A DNA stretch of 60,502 bases, counting the filler, from Dugesia japonica (taxonomy: Eukaryota): the NCBI GenBank assembly GCA_001938525.1. It is 6 parts of 6 records of this genome, joined end to end, with 100 filler letters (N's around TTAATTAATTAA, not from the genome) between each part and the next. Parts side by side here need not be neighbours in the genome. Positions count along the whole stretch, not along the records: positions 10,500 to 20,948 come from MQRL01577084.1; positions 21,049 to 31,207 come from MQRL01639549.1; 4 more parts are not named here. One strand, written 5' to 3'. The notes under the pieces are model-generated. The model was not told the DNA's origin. It saw only the letters and a program-made list of their open reading frames with translations, and did not search any database. Made by a program: the position numbers and the translations under genes. Below, piece after piece: positions 14,098-26,981 of the stretch (position 1 is the first letter of the stretch; every line of letters starts with the position of its first letter).

Positions 14098-17000
14098 TGT
14101 GATATAATATAAAAATGAAGTGTTTAAATATTCAGATTTTAGAAGAGGAGAGTTTGAATTTGTTTTATTTGAATAAATATTATTTTAGTAATTTATCATT
14201 AACTTGGCGTCAGGAGCAGAATTCAGTATATTTTTGTCAAATTTATTCAACATGATTGAGAAGCTGCCAAGTTTTCATATATGAGATGATTCTGTAAAAT
14301 ACCTTTTAGGAATTTAAGAACCACATTCTTAATTTAAAGATCGAAAAAATTAGATATTTTATTAATTCCTTAGAACAAGATGCCCAATATGAATTATTTT
14401 CTTTACCAGATTAGTAGAATGTTAAGGGTGACAATTATTTGTTAAATAATAAATTTGTAGAATTATACAAAGTTAAAGATTCGAGGATTTCTAATATTAC
14501 CGAACTTTTACAAATAAAGCAAAATGACCTCTCTTTAAGAGAATTTATTACAAAATTGAGAGTTTATTTATTTAAAAGTCAACCAGAATTGAACAGTAAG
14601 GACAGAGAAAAGACTTTAATATTCATATTTTTATTTAGATTGAACGGTAAAAAAGTGGCAGCAGTAGTTCAATTTCTTAAGCCAGAATCATCAGACGAAT
14701 CTTATAACTTTGTAAAAGAAGAAGTTAAAAACGAAAGTAAGGAAAATCTGAGACAAATTAAAACACAGGTCTTATCAGATGAAGTGCGTTCACTAAAACA
14801 GAAGGTGACAGAATTGGAACAAATGATAGCCAGAATATCTAGCGATATAACGGAAGAAATAAATCTGGAGTGAATAACACAAGGACTAATAATAACAGTC
14901 GGGATAGAAATATCCAAATTAAAGATATTAAATGCTTCAACTGTGACAACTTTGACCATTTTGTAAAAAAACCAATTGTGTGTAAAAAATGCAAAAAGGT
15001 TGGCCATTAAGATCGATTTTGCAGAAAAGGAAATATGGAAAGAGTCAGATATATTAATGAAATGATAGTGAAAATATGGAATTTGACGAAATCAGATAAA
15101 TTTCCCCGAGATCAGAAATATCCAGCACAGAGACCAATCATGCATTAAACAAAACTAATTAGAAAAACGTGAAACCAAAAAAGGTAATAAAAGATAATTG
15201 TTATACTAGAGAAGTTATGAATTCAGCTCAATACATCAATGGACAAGGAGCCATACCAAATTTTATAAATAAAGCAAAAACACTGAATTCAGAAAATTAT
15301 TCAGAATTTGCTCAAAATAAGTGTTTGGTCCCAGCGAGAATAAAACAAAAGTGGGTAGCAACACTAATATATAGTGGGGCAGAATAAAATGTAATGGATT
15401 ATGATTTATTATGTGAATTGAGATAGAGTAACAAACAGATTAAATTTTTCAAAAGAACAGAACGAATGCGCTGTGCAAACGGATCACCTATGAAAATCGT
15501 GGGGGTTACGAAGGTTGAACTAGTAATTGGAGAAAAAGAATTGACACTAGAATTTAAAGTGATGGAAAACGTTTTCCCAAAATTTATCATTGGAATTAAT
15601 CCAATGAAAACACACAGAACTTAAATTCTTTCACAGGATGACTGTATATATATCAGGAATCAAGCTTTACCATTTTTATCGAAAGTTTGTGACGATGAAG
15701 CTGAAAATTTACAAGTATCAATCTGAGGAGTCACGATTCTGGTGCTAGAAAAAACGAGACTCAAAGACCTGAGTACAGCTCCATCAACATTTTAACGACT
15801 TATGTATCTGATATTGCAAAATGAAAATTGAGAACAATGTTTTATTTATTTAGACGATATTTTGATATTTGGAAACTCTTATGAACAACATCTCCGTCGA
15901 TTGGAAGTAGTTTTAGCTAGAATAAAAGAATCGGGAGTTAAATTAAAACTTGACAAATGTAATTTTTTGCTAAAGAAAGTTTCATATATGGGACATAGAA
16001 TTACAGCAGAAGGTATAAAAACAAATCCAATAAAGATAGAAAAGTTCGAAATTAGTCAGAACCAGGGGTTACTCAGAGCTACATTCATTTATAGCTTTCT
16101 GTAACTATTAAAGAAAATTTATAAAAGATTTTGCGTATGTTGTTCAACCTTTAGAAACTATACTGAAACCAGACAAACAAAAAATAAATGGGAAATACAG
16201 CAAAAAAACAAATAATTTGGGAGGCTGGAGGAAGAAAAGCATTTAAAAAAATGCAGGAACTTCTAACAACAGCCCCAGTTCAAGCTTATCCTGGAAAAGC
16301 AGGTATTTTCATATTAGATACAGATGCAAGTCACAGCCATATTGGAGGAATCTTAAGCCATGTTCAAAATGGAGACGAAAAAGTTATCCCATATACGTCG
16401 AAAAAGCTGACAAATTAAGAATTGAAATATTTTGTTACTCGTAAGGAATTATTAGCTGTTTATGTTTTTGTGAAACAATTTAGGCATTATTTATTGGGGA
16501 GAAGTTTCAAAATAAGAACTGATCATAAAGCAATATTGTGGCTAAAAAGGTGGAAAAATCTAAATATATCACAGTATTTCACTTGGATCACAGAATTAGA
16601 GGAATATTATTGTGATATTGAACACCAACCTGGCAGATTTCACATAAATGCAGACTATATGAGCCGACCGAAATGTGAACAATGTGAACTCAGACATAAT
16701 GAACAAAAATAACGAAGAAATGTGAAACTGATCGAGAAAGAAAATGATGAGAAACCAATTATTCGAGTTCTAAAAAATGATTTCACGTCTCAAAGAAAAA
16801 AGGAAATAATTGAATATTATCATAATAACATGGGCCATCCAGGATTTATAAAGGCAAAAGAATTAATTCAGAATTATTATGACTGGAAGAATATGAGTAG
16901 AGAGATCAAATTCTTTATTGATAAGTGCATTCTATGCATATATCGAAAGAATGGAATAACTTCAAACTACATTCCTGAGAAACATTTTGTAACTAATGAG

Positions 17001-18041
17001 GCATTTGAAAAAATATGCATAGATATCACCGGACTATTACCAGAATGTAAAGGATATAGATATATAGTTTAGGTGTGATAGATGTCTTCTCAAGATATAC
17101 CATGTTAATTCCTCTTAAAAGCATCAAATTGAGACAAGTAATAAATAAATTGTTTAAAAGATGAATCACTATCTTTGGAATGCCAAAAATTATTCAGTCC
17201 GATAATGGAAGTCAGTTGAAAAACAATTGCATGGAAGAATTTTGTAAAGTTCTTAAAATAAATCAAACCTTTGCAAGCCCATACTATCATCAAGGGAACG
17301 GCTTGATAGAAAGAATCTTTAGAACTGCAAAAGATAGAATTTATGCAACCAGCTTGAAATTTCTCACAAATTTGATAGATGTCATTCCATTCGTCGAAAT
17401 GGGAATGAGAATAACAAAAAATGAAACAACTAATTATTCTCCTTTTGAAATAACTTTTGGTAAATCAAGCTTATTTAAATAACGAACAAGTCAACTCAAA
17501 AAGTCTGGATCAATATTTAGAGAATATTAGAGTAAATTTATAAAGAATAAATCAAAATTTTAAACCAAAAAAGAATGTAATTGTTAATTACCATCAAATA
17601 AAATTGGCGATATGGTAATGTTCAAATTAGATAAGAACAGAATGTTAAAGAAGCGATATAAAGGACCATGTGAAGTTACGGAAATATTATCATACGATAA
17701 TATAAGAATGGGTTACAAAGGGAAATCGCTAATTAGTAATGTTAATCAAATGAAAAAATTTCCAATAGAAAAGCTAGAGGAGAAAGGAGAAAAGTGTCTT
17801 ATGAACACAACAATAATAAGCCAATTAAAATAAATTCAATAATCAAACCGGAAAAATTAACAAGCGATAGACAAGGAAGAGAAAATCCTACGAGAGAAAA
17901 ACGTAAATCAACAAGATTCCGGGAATTCGAATGATAAAAAGATGGATGTGATATATTATAAAAACGAAGTGTTTAAATATTCAGATTTTTTTGAACTTTT
18001 TTTATTTGAATAAATATTATTTTAGTAATTTATCATTAACA
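14098..18041 (+). mobile_element. Ty3/gypsy LTR retrotransposon with both LTRs, degraded (gag, PR, partial RT, RH, IN)
   Basis: LTRs 14098-14204 and 17947-18041; TSD AAATT on both sides; PBS TGGCGTCAGGAG (tRNA-Leu-like) at 14205; YLDD, ILDTDAS, RKELLAV, IQSDNG, YHQGNGLIER, YKGP motifs. Confidence 0.92.
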
Positions 18042-19810
18042 AAATTAAAATCTATACGTTGTTATGATATTGTTTTTGTTTATAAAATGTTTTTTTCTAA
18101 TTTTAATTTGTGTGCATATACATACATGCTATATAGATATTAACATTTTATAATAAAATTTATTATAGAAAGAAAAAAATCGATAATTAAATTAACAAAA
18201 TTGCTTAAAATTTGAAAATTAAAATTAAAACTTGGCAACCGCCGAAAAAAAGAAAAAATTAAAATTTTAAAGGATATCAAAAAATAATCTTGGCAAAAGA
18301 CAATCACACAAATACAACCCAAATGATTTCTTGGCAACCCCCTAAAACTACAAATCCTGGAGAAACTATTCCCACAAACAAATTGAAATAAATTAAAAGA
18401 AAGTAAAAAATATTTGGAATCTAGTTTGAATACAAGCTGAAATAAAGTACAGATTATTCAGATCCAAATTGAAACAGAAATTTTAATTTTTGTTCTTTCG
18501 TCTTTTAATAAAATTGTTAATTTTTTTAACTAGTTTGTTATTAGTGTTATTTTGTTTATATAAACTCTCATATCATAAGTAAAATATTTTAAAATAACAT
18601 AACATACATCCCAAAAATTGCTCTAGGAGACTCTTCCGGGCTCAACAGACTTCCTTATCGAATAAACTAATTAAATTTAAAATAAATAAAATAATTTGTA
18701 TATTAATAGATAAAATACTGAGTTTAAAATAACATAATGGTATATAAAACTCATTAGTATATATAATAAAAATATCTACCACACAGATACCAACAATAAA
18801 TTAATTAAAGTTCTAGAGAGTAACTGAAAATTTTTAAAAAAAAAATATTTTCCGCATATTCTTAACACAAGTCTTTGTCAAGTACAAATTATTAATTTAT
18901 AAAAACCATAAAAAATATAAAAATATATGGCCCATTATTTTTNNNNNNNNNNNNNNNNNNNNNNNNNNNNNNNNNNNNNNNNNNNNNNNNNNATATTTCA
19001 TTTATTCCGTATTTGATAATCTTATTATATTATTATAAAAAACTCAGTATATATAATAAAAATATCCACCACACAGATACCAACAATAAATTAATTAAAG
19101 TTCTAGAGAGTAACTAAAAATTTTTAACAAAAAAAATATTTTCCGCATATTCTTAACAAAAGTCTTTGTCAAGTACAAATTATTAATTTATAAAAACCAT
19201 AAAAAATATAAAAATATATGGCCCATTATTTTTTTGAAAATATTCTAAATTCCGGATCAGTAATTAATAAATGAAAATTTTATGGCTCGCATTTAATAAT
19301 AAATTTATTTTTATTAATATGATATAAATTTAAATTAACTTTATTTTAATAATATTTCTATTTAAGATTTCATAAAATAATTCTTTATAACAAAAATAAA
19401 AGAATTTTTCAAAAATTTAAAAACAGTAAAAAAAATTTAATAAATAGCATTTCACGCACAGTAAAGTTCCTCTTAGTCGCAAGTCCTCTTAACCACCACC
19501 CTCTATTAACCTCCAAAAAAAAGTAATTTTCATCAATTTTACATAGAAGATTTCTATAAGCAGCAACTTTTTTATACTTTTTCAAATGTTTTTTCAATAT
19601 ACTATTTATAATTGAAGTTTTTTGTTATTCCGCTGCTATAATTTGATCTAATTTAATGAATTTATTTTTTTACATTTTAGATTATTCCTTAAAATAGTAA
19701 AAATAAAATCTACTAAGCTATTGATGAAAGAATGAATTGAAATTTCAAAAATATTTAAATAAGGTATTTTTTATGAAAATATATTTGTTAATATTTTATT
19801 TGAACATCTA

Positions 19811-20011
19811 CCGTATTTTCCTGGTTATATGTCTCATCTGCGTAAATTATGCAGAAATATAAACATAGAGTAGATAAAAAACTGGATTTTTTATTACATA
19901 CAAAAATTAATGATGACATAAATAATTATTATATAAGTCGCTGCTTTGAGCTAGCCGCACTTGTCTTTAAATAGGAAAAAAACGTTACGACTTATACACC
20001 GGAAAAGACGG
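19811..20011. mobile_element. pogo-like MITE
   Basis: TA|CCGTATTTTCCTGGTTATA ... TATACACCGGAAAAGACGG|TA. Confidence 0.8.
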
Positions 20012-20302
20012 TATTTATCAATCAAAAACAATAATAAAACAATGTAAATCAGCCAATTTTCAGTGAATCCATCAAGAATATTCTTCAAAATTAAAGGGAA
20101 ATTATGGAAATTGTGTGAAGTGGAGTGTTCTATGAAGGTAACTCAACAAACTGAAGATATTATATAGAAAACGAAATTATCAGAGCTAATTCGTAAGATA
20201 TCAGTATTGTTCGATTCGCCTGATAATAATATTTCGTTTAACTTGAAAGCATTTTAATTTATTTATAAACATTGTAAATTATTGCGTTTCAGCTTTCGGT
20301 TG

Positions 20303-20408
20303 TGAAAAGTATTCAATTTTTAAATGCAAAGTTGAATGTTACAGATTCATCTAACAGTTAATGAATCTGTAACATCCATCTTTGTATTTAAAAATTGAAT
20401 ACTTTTCA
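20303..20408. repeat. 106-bp near-perfect foldback palindrome
   Basis: 48-bp arms (TGAAAAGTATTCAATTTTTAAAT... and ...ATTTAAAAATTGAATACTTTTCA) with about 3 mismatches and a 10-nt loop. Confidence 0.85.
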
Positions 20409-20897
20409 TTCTAAGATTTATTCAAGACAACAACACTAACACAAACTATTAATTTGTCTTTTCAAACAAATTTAAAAATTTAATAACCGAGATTAAACAA
20501 AAAATATTAGTTTGTCATAATATTTTTTAAATAAAATTTCAAAATTAATATATTTAATTAATTTATTTATTATATTTAAAATTTACTACAAATTATAAAT
20601 TTAAAGTATAGTTTTTTGTAAACATTTAAATACGTAAAATTTTGTGTTCACAAATTTTGTTTATGATTTAATTAAAAATATTTTAAAAATTTAGTTTTGT
20701 TAATATTTATTATAAAAAAATATTTAAATATTTAAAATTGCTTTTAAAAACCACCTTACATCCCCTTCTTTAGGAATTTTTTTGATCTGCTCTAATTTCC
20801 TTTTGAAGCGTCTTTCTTCTGTGTAAAAAAACATATATTTCTTAATTGTTTAATAAGTTTGTCATTAGTGTTATTTATTATTAGTATTAGTATTATT

Positions 20898-20948
<51 letters not shown>

Positions 20949-21048
20949 NNNNNNNNNNNNNNNNNNNNNNNNNNNNNNNNNNNNNNNNNNNNTTAATTAA
21001 TTAANNNNNNNNNNNNNNNNNNNNNNNNNNNNNNNNNNNNNNNNNNNN
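20949..21048. other. Artificial scaffold-joining linker
   Basis: Same 44N-TTAATTAATTAA-44N pattern. Confidence 0.97.
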
Positions 21049-21165
21049 GATTGACTCGAATACCGATTGCTATTGTTCGAATACTGATTGTTGCTATTGC
21101 TCGAATATTGGTTATTATGTGTTATACATGTTATGTTATATATGTTATGCATGCAAACCTCAACA
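21049..21165 (-). mobile_element. Start of an LTR-like repeat (TGTTGAG...), truncated by the scaffold end
   Basis: 21092-21165 is the exact reverse complement of 28474-28547 and 31134-31207. Confidence 0.7.
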
Positions 21166-21963
21166 CATGTACTACTGGAAATGGGAGCTAAGTATAGATA
21201 ACATTGCTGGATAAGACGGTTTGATTGGCCGTTTTCGAGAGTTTTGGATCAATCCTTAATCGAAAAATTGGAATTAAATCATTACTCATTTATCATTTAT
21301 TGGCAATCGACATGGAGTTATAATTTACTAAGAAAACGACAATTGGTAACGGGATTTATCTGAATTGACAAACAGGGAATTGGAAATCAATTATCGGAAA
21401 GGTAATCCATATTTTTATCAGGACTAGTCGGTTCTCCCGATTCAAAACCATCAAATGAAGGTATGCAATTATAGTAATTCATTTTTTGCTAAAAAATAAA
21501 TATTTTAATTCTTATTCTCTTTATTTATGATTTACAAATTAACAATAATTGCATTGGAAATCATTTATGCTTTATTATTGATTACAGAATGCTACTTTAA
21601 TGACATTAACACAGGATTAAAATGAAAATTTACTTGTAATTTGAAAATTAGGTTCCTGCAACGGGGTTTTTTCTCGTTTTTCTTCTAGTCACGGAGGTTT
21701 CACACGGAATGGGTGTTGAACTCTTTTCTATATTTTCATTTTAATTGAAAATAATTATGTCCGATTCAACTACAGTTTACTTTCGATTTTTTCCTTGGAT
21801 CACTCGTGATAAATTTTGCTTCCAAGTAATAAATAGACCAGCCAATTGAATAATTACTGAGTCGTAGAATTTCTCTTTTGATATTTCGAATTTAATGAGT
21901 AAATCTTTAACACTTAAGTTTTATGAAATAAATTGTTGTTTTTCGACTAAAATCAGGGGTGTT

Positions 21964-22005
21964 TTTATACCATTTTTGATTACACCCTGACTTCTTCTGC
22001 ATTGG
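21964..22005 (-). promoter_or_regulatory. Pol II promoter module CCAAT - AGGGTGT - GGTATAAA
   Basis: Same three motifs in the same order with near-identical spacing at 33692-33732. Confidence 0.55.
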
Positions 22006-22879
22006 CTGTCTATTTTTAATTTGAATTTCTTGATTCTAATTGGGTCTAAAATTCTAAAACTTTTTAACATTTTCCACTACACCATTGGTGCCTATTTTTG
22101 GATCACCTTGTAATTTTTCTGTCTTTGTTTCATTTTTTTTCTGGTCTATCATTGGTTCATTCTTTAGACCCTTCTCAAGACTCTTCTGGTGATGGTAGTT
22201 TTCTTGTTAAACAATCCTATTGTTTCTGATCATTTCCTTTTAGGATTTTCTTATTCGAAATCTCCATGATTTTTCTGGATTCAAAAACAGGTTTTTCCTT
22301 AATTTATTTTCTATTTTGCGATAAATAAATTAATTTTCCTTTATAAATTAATTATTTTTTTCCGAATTATTTTCTTATTTTCTTTTTAACAATTATGATT
22401 TTCTTAATTAACGACTTAATTTCAGCCAATATTTTACTCATTTGATGCTTTCTTTCTGCATTTTATTTTTTCACCTGTTTCCGTATTAATGTAATTATTG
22501 CAATTTTCTCATCTTTGATAATTATCTTAATCAATTTCTTTTTCTAACTCCTTTCTTTATTATTTCGCGATTTGGGCCCCCTGGCTTTATCTTCTTTTCA
22601 AACTGGGTGTTTCACCCCAACAAATTGCTATCCGTTTTGTTCAAATTCCGTCCCAGAATCTTTCGTTGTCCCACCACGTTGCAGAATTCTTAAAACCCTA
22701 TAATATTGACAGAGCAAGATGAAATTTAAGGTAATTACATCCTATTTATTTACACATAAAAATTTCACTACTTTATACATCAAGCTACGATATACATCAA
22801 TACATATATAATTTGCTTGTTGATTCAATTGCTACCAATATTCAGTAATTCAGTTACTAATTACAGTTATTTACACTAC

Positions 22880-23965
22880 CTTCGGCTTTCTTCAATCAAT
22901 TTCTTCCTCTGGGTGCTAGTGGGTCTTGGGTTTAGGTACTGACCCATATTTAAGTAGAATTTTGGTGACGATTGACTGTGAGAGATTCTTAATAGCAAAA
23001 TCATTGATCTTAATTGATTCAGACGTGGAAATTTTATGCGGGATCCAGCTTGGAGTTACTGCAGGCTTTGGAGGATCTTGAATTATCAATGGTGCTGGAT
23101 GTCTTGGTCGAGCTGGAGTTACTACTTGCAAATTTGAGGGGTTGGGAAAGGTATTGGTTGCCATGCTGGTGTTGTTGGGTTTAAAACCGATTGCGAAGGA
23201 TTTTGGATAAGTAGACCTCTTGGGTGAGATGGAGCTGGTGTGACACTACAAGTGATGACTGGATGAGAGATGGATTGGCAGATTGCATGAGATTGCTGGA
23301 GTTTTTTGATCATTGCAAATTGTTCGATTAGATGCTGCTGTTTTTTTGCAATGTCGGTTTCTTTTTCTTGGCAGCGGGTGCGTAACTCGATGATTTCTTG
23401 TTCTAGTGCAGCTTTTTATTGCTCATAATATTCGCTTTTATTTTGATATTCCTGTATGATGCATTCAAATTCCAGGGATAATTTATCAATACCGGCTCAA
23501 ACGCCTTCTTGGTTAGCTAGATTGGTTAGGAGCTGATTTTCTGTGGCCAGACGAGTTTTCTCAAACTGGGTATTGAATAATTCTATTTGGAGGATTTGGG
23601 TATTTTCTTGTTCTATTGCCAGTTGCTTTTCAAGCTCCTTTCTTTTGGGTTCAACCGCTTTAAATTTACTTTTCCAGTTACAAGCTTGCTTTATGGCATT
23701 TATTTTCGCTCTATTCTCATCGAGGCGTTTTTGGCTATCTTCTTATGCCTGACGCATGCTCTCTTTTTTATTTCGAGTTCATGCCTAATGTTTTCTATCT
23801 GGGTTTCTAGTCGACTGATGTAATTTTGGAGTTGTAGATTTAGAAGTGCATTCTCTTTAGCTTCTAGTTTCCATTTTAGGGCTTCGGGGACTATTATTAG
23901 TGATTGGTTCTGAATTTGCAGAGTGTGGACTTCATCTCGGAGATAGGTTATTAACTTTTCATTGC
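22880..23965 (-). pseudogene. Long coiled-coil protein with Pro-rich C-terminus, disrupted
   Basis: Manual translation NEKLITYLRDEVHTLQIQNQ...KRKELEKQLAIEQEN...LEQEIIELRTRCQEKE then VTPAPSHP/VTPARPRHP; about 2 stops and 2 frameshifts. Confidence 0.6.
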
Positions 23966-24061
23966 TTATTTCTTAATTAGGGAGAGTTATTAATTAAGTA
24001 TAACATGATAAGTGACTATTATAAATAGATATATACATTAGTTATATATTTTATGTTTCTT

Positions 24062-25031
24062 TTATTGTTTAAATGTAATCCCTGACACCCTACGTTCAAT
24101 TAATTTTCGACACATAAGGCATTCATTCAAAATTAATGCGCAATTAAAGCAAGTTTTAAAATGTCTGCAAGGGAGAAATACGACTTGGATTGATTCGTCG
24201 AGGCAAATCATGCAATCACTACCTATTAAAACCCATTCTTGTTAATAACTAATTTGACTGGGAATTATTTTGCGAGATTGTTGGTACAATTCCAGCCGTG
24301 TTACTATTAGCACTCTCTCTCTTTACTCTCTTTTCCGCAACTTTCTTTGCGATTAGTTCGCTGGTATTTTCTTTATTCAGATCAAGTATTTTAGTTGATC
24401 TATCTGCTTGCCATTCGACGGTCATTTCTATTTGGTTTTTCGACATATTCCATTCCACTCTACACGATGTTACTGGTAACTCTTCCACAAGGTTTTGGCT
24501 TAATCTTGAGCACTTTGGTTTGTGAAATATACTCTTTGGCAGTTTCTCTACGCCTTTTAGTATCAGCGTTTTTCTTTTGCAGGTTGTGCATTTTATGACT
24601 TTGATATTTACTTGTCGGATGATATAATATCCTTTCATTGCCTTTTCTATTAATTCTAGTATCTCTTGAAAGGTTTCTTCCTTGGCTTCAAAATCCCATT
24701 CCAAATAATCTGGTAATGTCACTTCGGCTAAGTTCTTTATTACTTTAAAATACAACATTTTGGGTTCTGTGGACACCTTCTCGATTTCCGGTGGTTTGCC
24801 TTGGTTTAATATTTTTGGCTGATTATTTACATCCAAGTTTAGTAGGAATGAGCATGTAAGGAATGATCGTTTATGGTCTCTCTTTGGGTTATCATTCTTA
24901 CTCCATTTATACAGATTTCCTTGACAATAGATACATTTGATTCGATCTCCCAATATTTCTTTGTACAGTTCGCCGATGTTTCGTTCTTGATTTATTTTCA
25001 TCCTTACATAACCGATGCGTTTTTCATCCAT
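24062..25031 (-). pseudogene. Intronless inhibitor-of-apoptosis (IAP)-like gene: BIR + degenerate BIR + C-terminal RING; lesion near 24250
   Basis: BIR GDRIKCIYCQGNLYKWSKNDNPKRDHKRSFLTCSFL; second BIR-like AMKGYY...KCTTC...HKPKC; RING CMICLDESIQVVFLPCRHFKTCFNCALILNECLMCR at 24214-24062 in a shifted frame, absent from the ORF track. Confidence 0.88.
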
Positions 25032-25039
25032 TTTCCATC

Positions 25040-26960
25040 CCTATTTCGGAAATTTGTTGAATTTATGTATTAGTATTTGTTCTACTTTTCTTTCGACTCG
25101 TATATCGACTGGTAATCGTCCTTAATTCTTTTGATTTGTAGTGGGTAAGGGCCCATCTGCCAGTAAGATTTCCATCCTTTAAATTCGTGGTGTACAATTG
25201 AATATACTCCTTTACCTTGATTGATGGTTATACTTTTTTGGCCCTCCTCACTTCTATTTCTTCCAAAAATATTAACCTGGTATTGTCTGTTCTACCATAT
25301 AATGGTGTGATAATTGAATTCGTTTCTCGAGCACGTTTTTATCTCTTCGTTCTCTGTGCTTCTTGACTTCCATTCTTTAATTCGGATATTGTCCTCTAGA
25401 TAATATATCAGAATGTTAATTGTTTCGTCAAATTTAAACCACACCTTGGTTTCGTGTTAGGGTTTTCACATTTAATGTCTAACATTTGTTCTACCCCCCA
25501 GCTTTGTGTGTTGAATTGCATTGATCTGCCTTCTACTGGTGCTTGACTCAAGAGGTGCAATTCCATTTTTCCTTTGGATTGGTGCAACTTTACCATCGCA
25601 ACCTTTTGACTTTTTATTATTGGCCTCAAGGTTATCTCCCAGTATGGCTCACTGGTTGTGTTTTTTGTTCTTTGGTGAAACCGGCCCGACTGATGATTGT
25701 AACCATGGTTAACTCCTTTCCGACTATTATCCTATTTTCTATCAATACCGGTTCATTTACCCAACATTCTTGACTTCGCATTCCTTTTATGGTTATTAGT
25801 ATAGTGTTTAATATGATTTGACCACTAGGTATTCCGTTTCGAGATATTATCTGCACTTGTGGATTGGCCAGAACTGGTAATGATAACCATAATAAGATTA
25901 TTCCAATAACTCCATATATTAGGATTGTTGTTGGGTAACCTCTTCCTAAAATTTTGACGAGTTTCAAAATTAAACATACGAAAATGCCGTAATCCCAGCT
26001 TGTGTTGATTATTGCTCATAGTAACAAAGCCATTTTAATTATTATTTCTAATGTATCTACACTAGCGTTTTTCCATGGTATCTCATTTTCTTGTGTTTCT
26101 TTCTCTGCTTGTTCTGTCTCATTATATACTAAAGTCATTTTCATTCTTTCCATCCCTCCTAGAGCTATGCCGGCCAATTATTTCTCTTCCTCATCCATTT
26201 TATTCGATTGGCCACTGAATGACTTTTCCATTACCTTTACCAGCTTTTGTACTCCTTTGCCAGTATTCCCGATATTGTCTAACTCTGATTATCTGAGAGT
26301 TAGTTTGTCTGATTTTATGTCCAACTTCGCAACATCTTTTATCTCGTATTTTCTTTGTATGGGTGGTCCAACCATTCCCCATGGTAATTGGATATCTGGA
26401 GGTTCATAGACTCTTATCCAATTCCATTGTACCAATGTACAGTGAAAAACGTGAATAACCGCTAGTAACTCGTCACTGTAGATATCTGTGCATAGCAGGA
26501 ATAGATTTTTGAAAATAGATTGATAAATAGGTCCCTGAATTTGTGCTTCAATTGGTGCTTCCATCACAATCTTTTCTAAACCAATTTTCTTGTCTGGACA
26601 GCCATGCCCGTTGATCATAAATGGCTTTTAGTGCAGTTTTTAGTATAATTTGCGTTTTCTTGATGCATCGCAAACAATTCTCCTCCAGTTGTATTGTTGA
26701 GAGTGGGCATGTTATTCGTGCAATATGGATACAACTTTATTCGGACATCGGTATTTGGTTTCCTTGGCACACGATTTGAATAAAGTGGCGTTCATGACTT
26801 CGATCTCAAGGGGCCTATGCATTTGATTATCTGAATTAAAAGATACAGTTGTAGCACCTTGTGGAGCAATAATTGATCTAATATTGGTTATAGACATAGT
26901 CTGCTGTGTTTGAAAAAGATAATTAGAGTTTGGTGTCTCTGTTATTTCAGGTATCCGCAT
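25040..26960 (-). pseudogene. Disrupted large ORF with N-glycosylation sequons and several hydrophobic segments (membrane protein or polyprotein)
   Basis: Collinear fragments from ATG at 26960 (MRIPEITE...); NAT/NTT/NYT/NCT sequons; hydrophobic runs IIIKMALLL, GIFVCLILKLV, ILIYGVIGIILLWLSLPVLA; basic RTKR*KR. Confidence 0.5.
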
Positions 26961-26981
26961 TTTAGTTTCTTGGTAGGTAGT

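Noticed and set aside
18757-19231. Direct repeat of about 185 bp
   Set aside because: Near-identical copies either side of a gap; likely allelic overlap artefact
23543-26409. Plus-strand hydrophobic ORFs in scaffold C (23543, 23587, 24298, 24395, 24873, 25521, 25543, 26002)
   Set aside because: Antisense shadows of the A-rich minus-strand coding sequence
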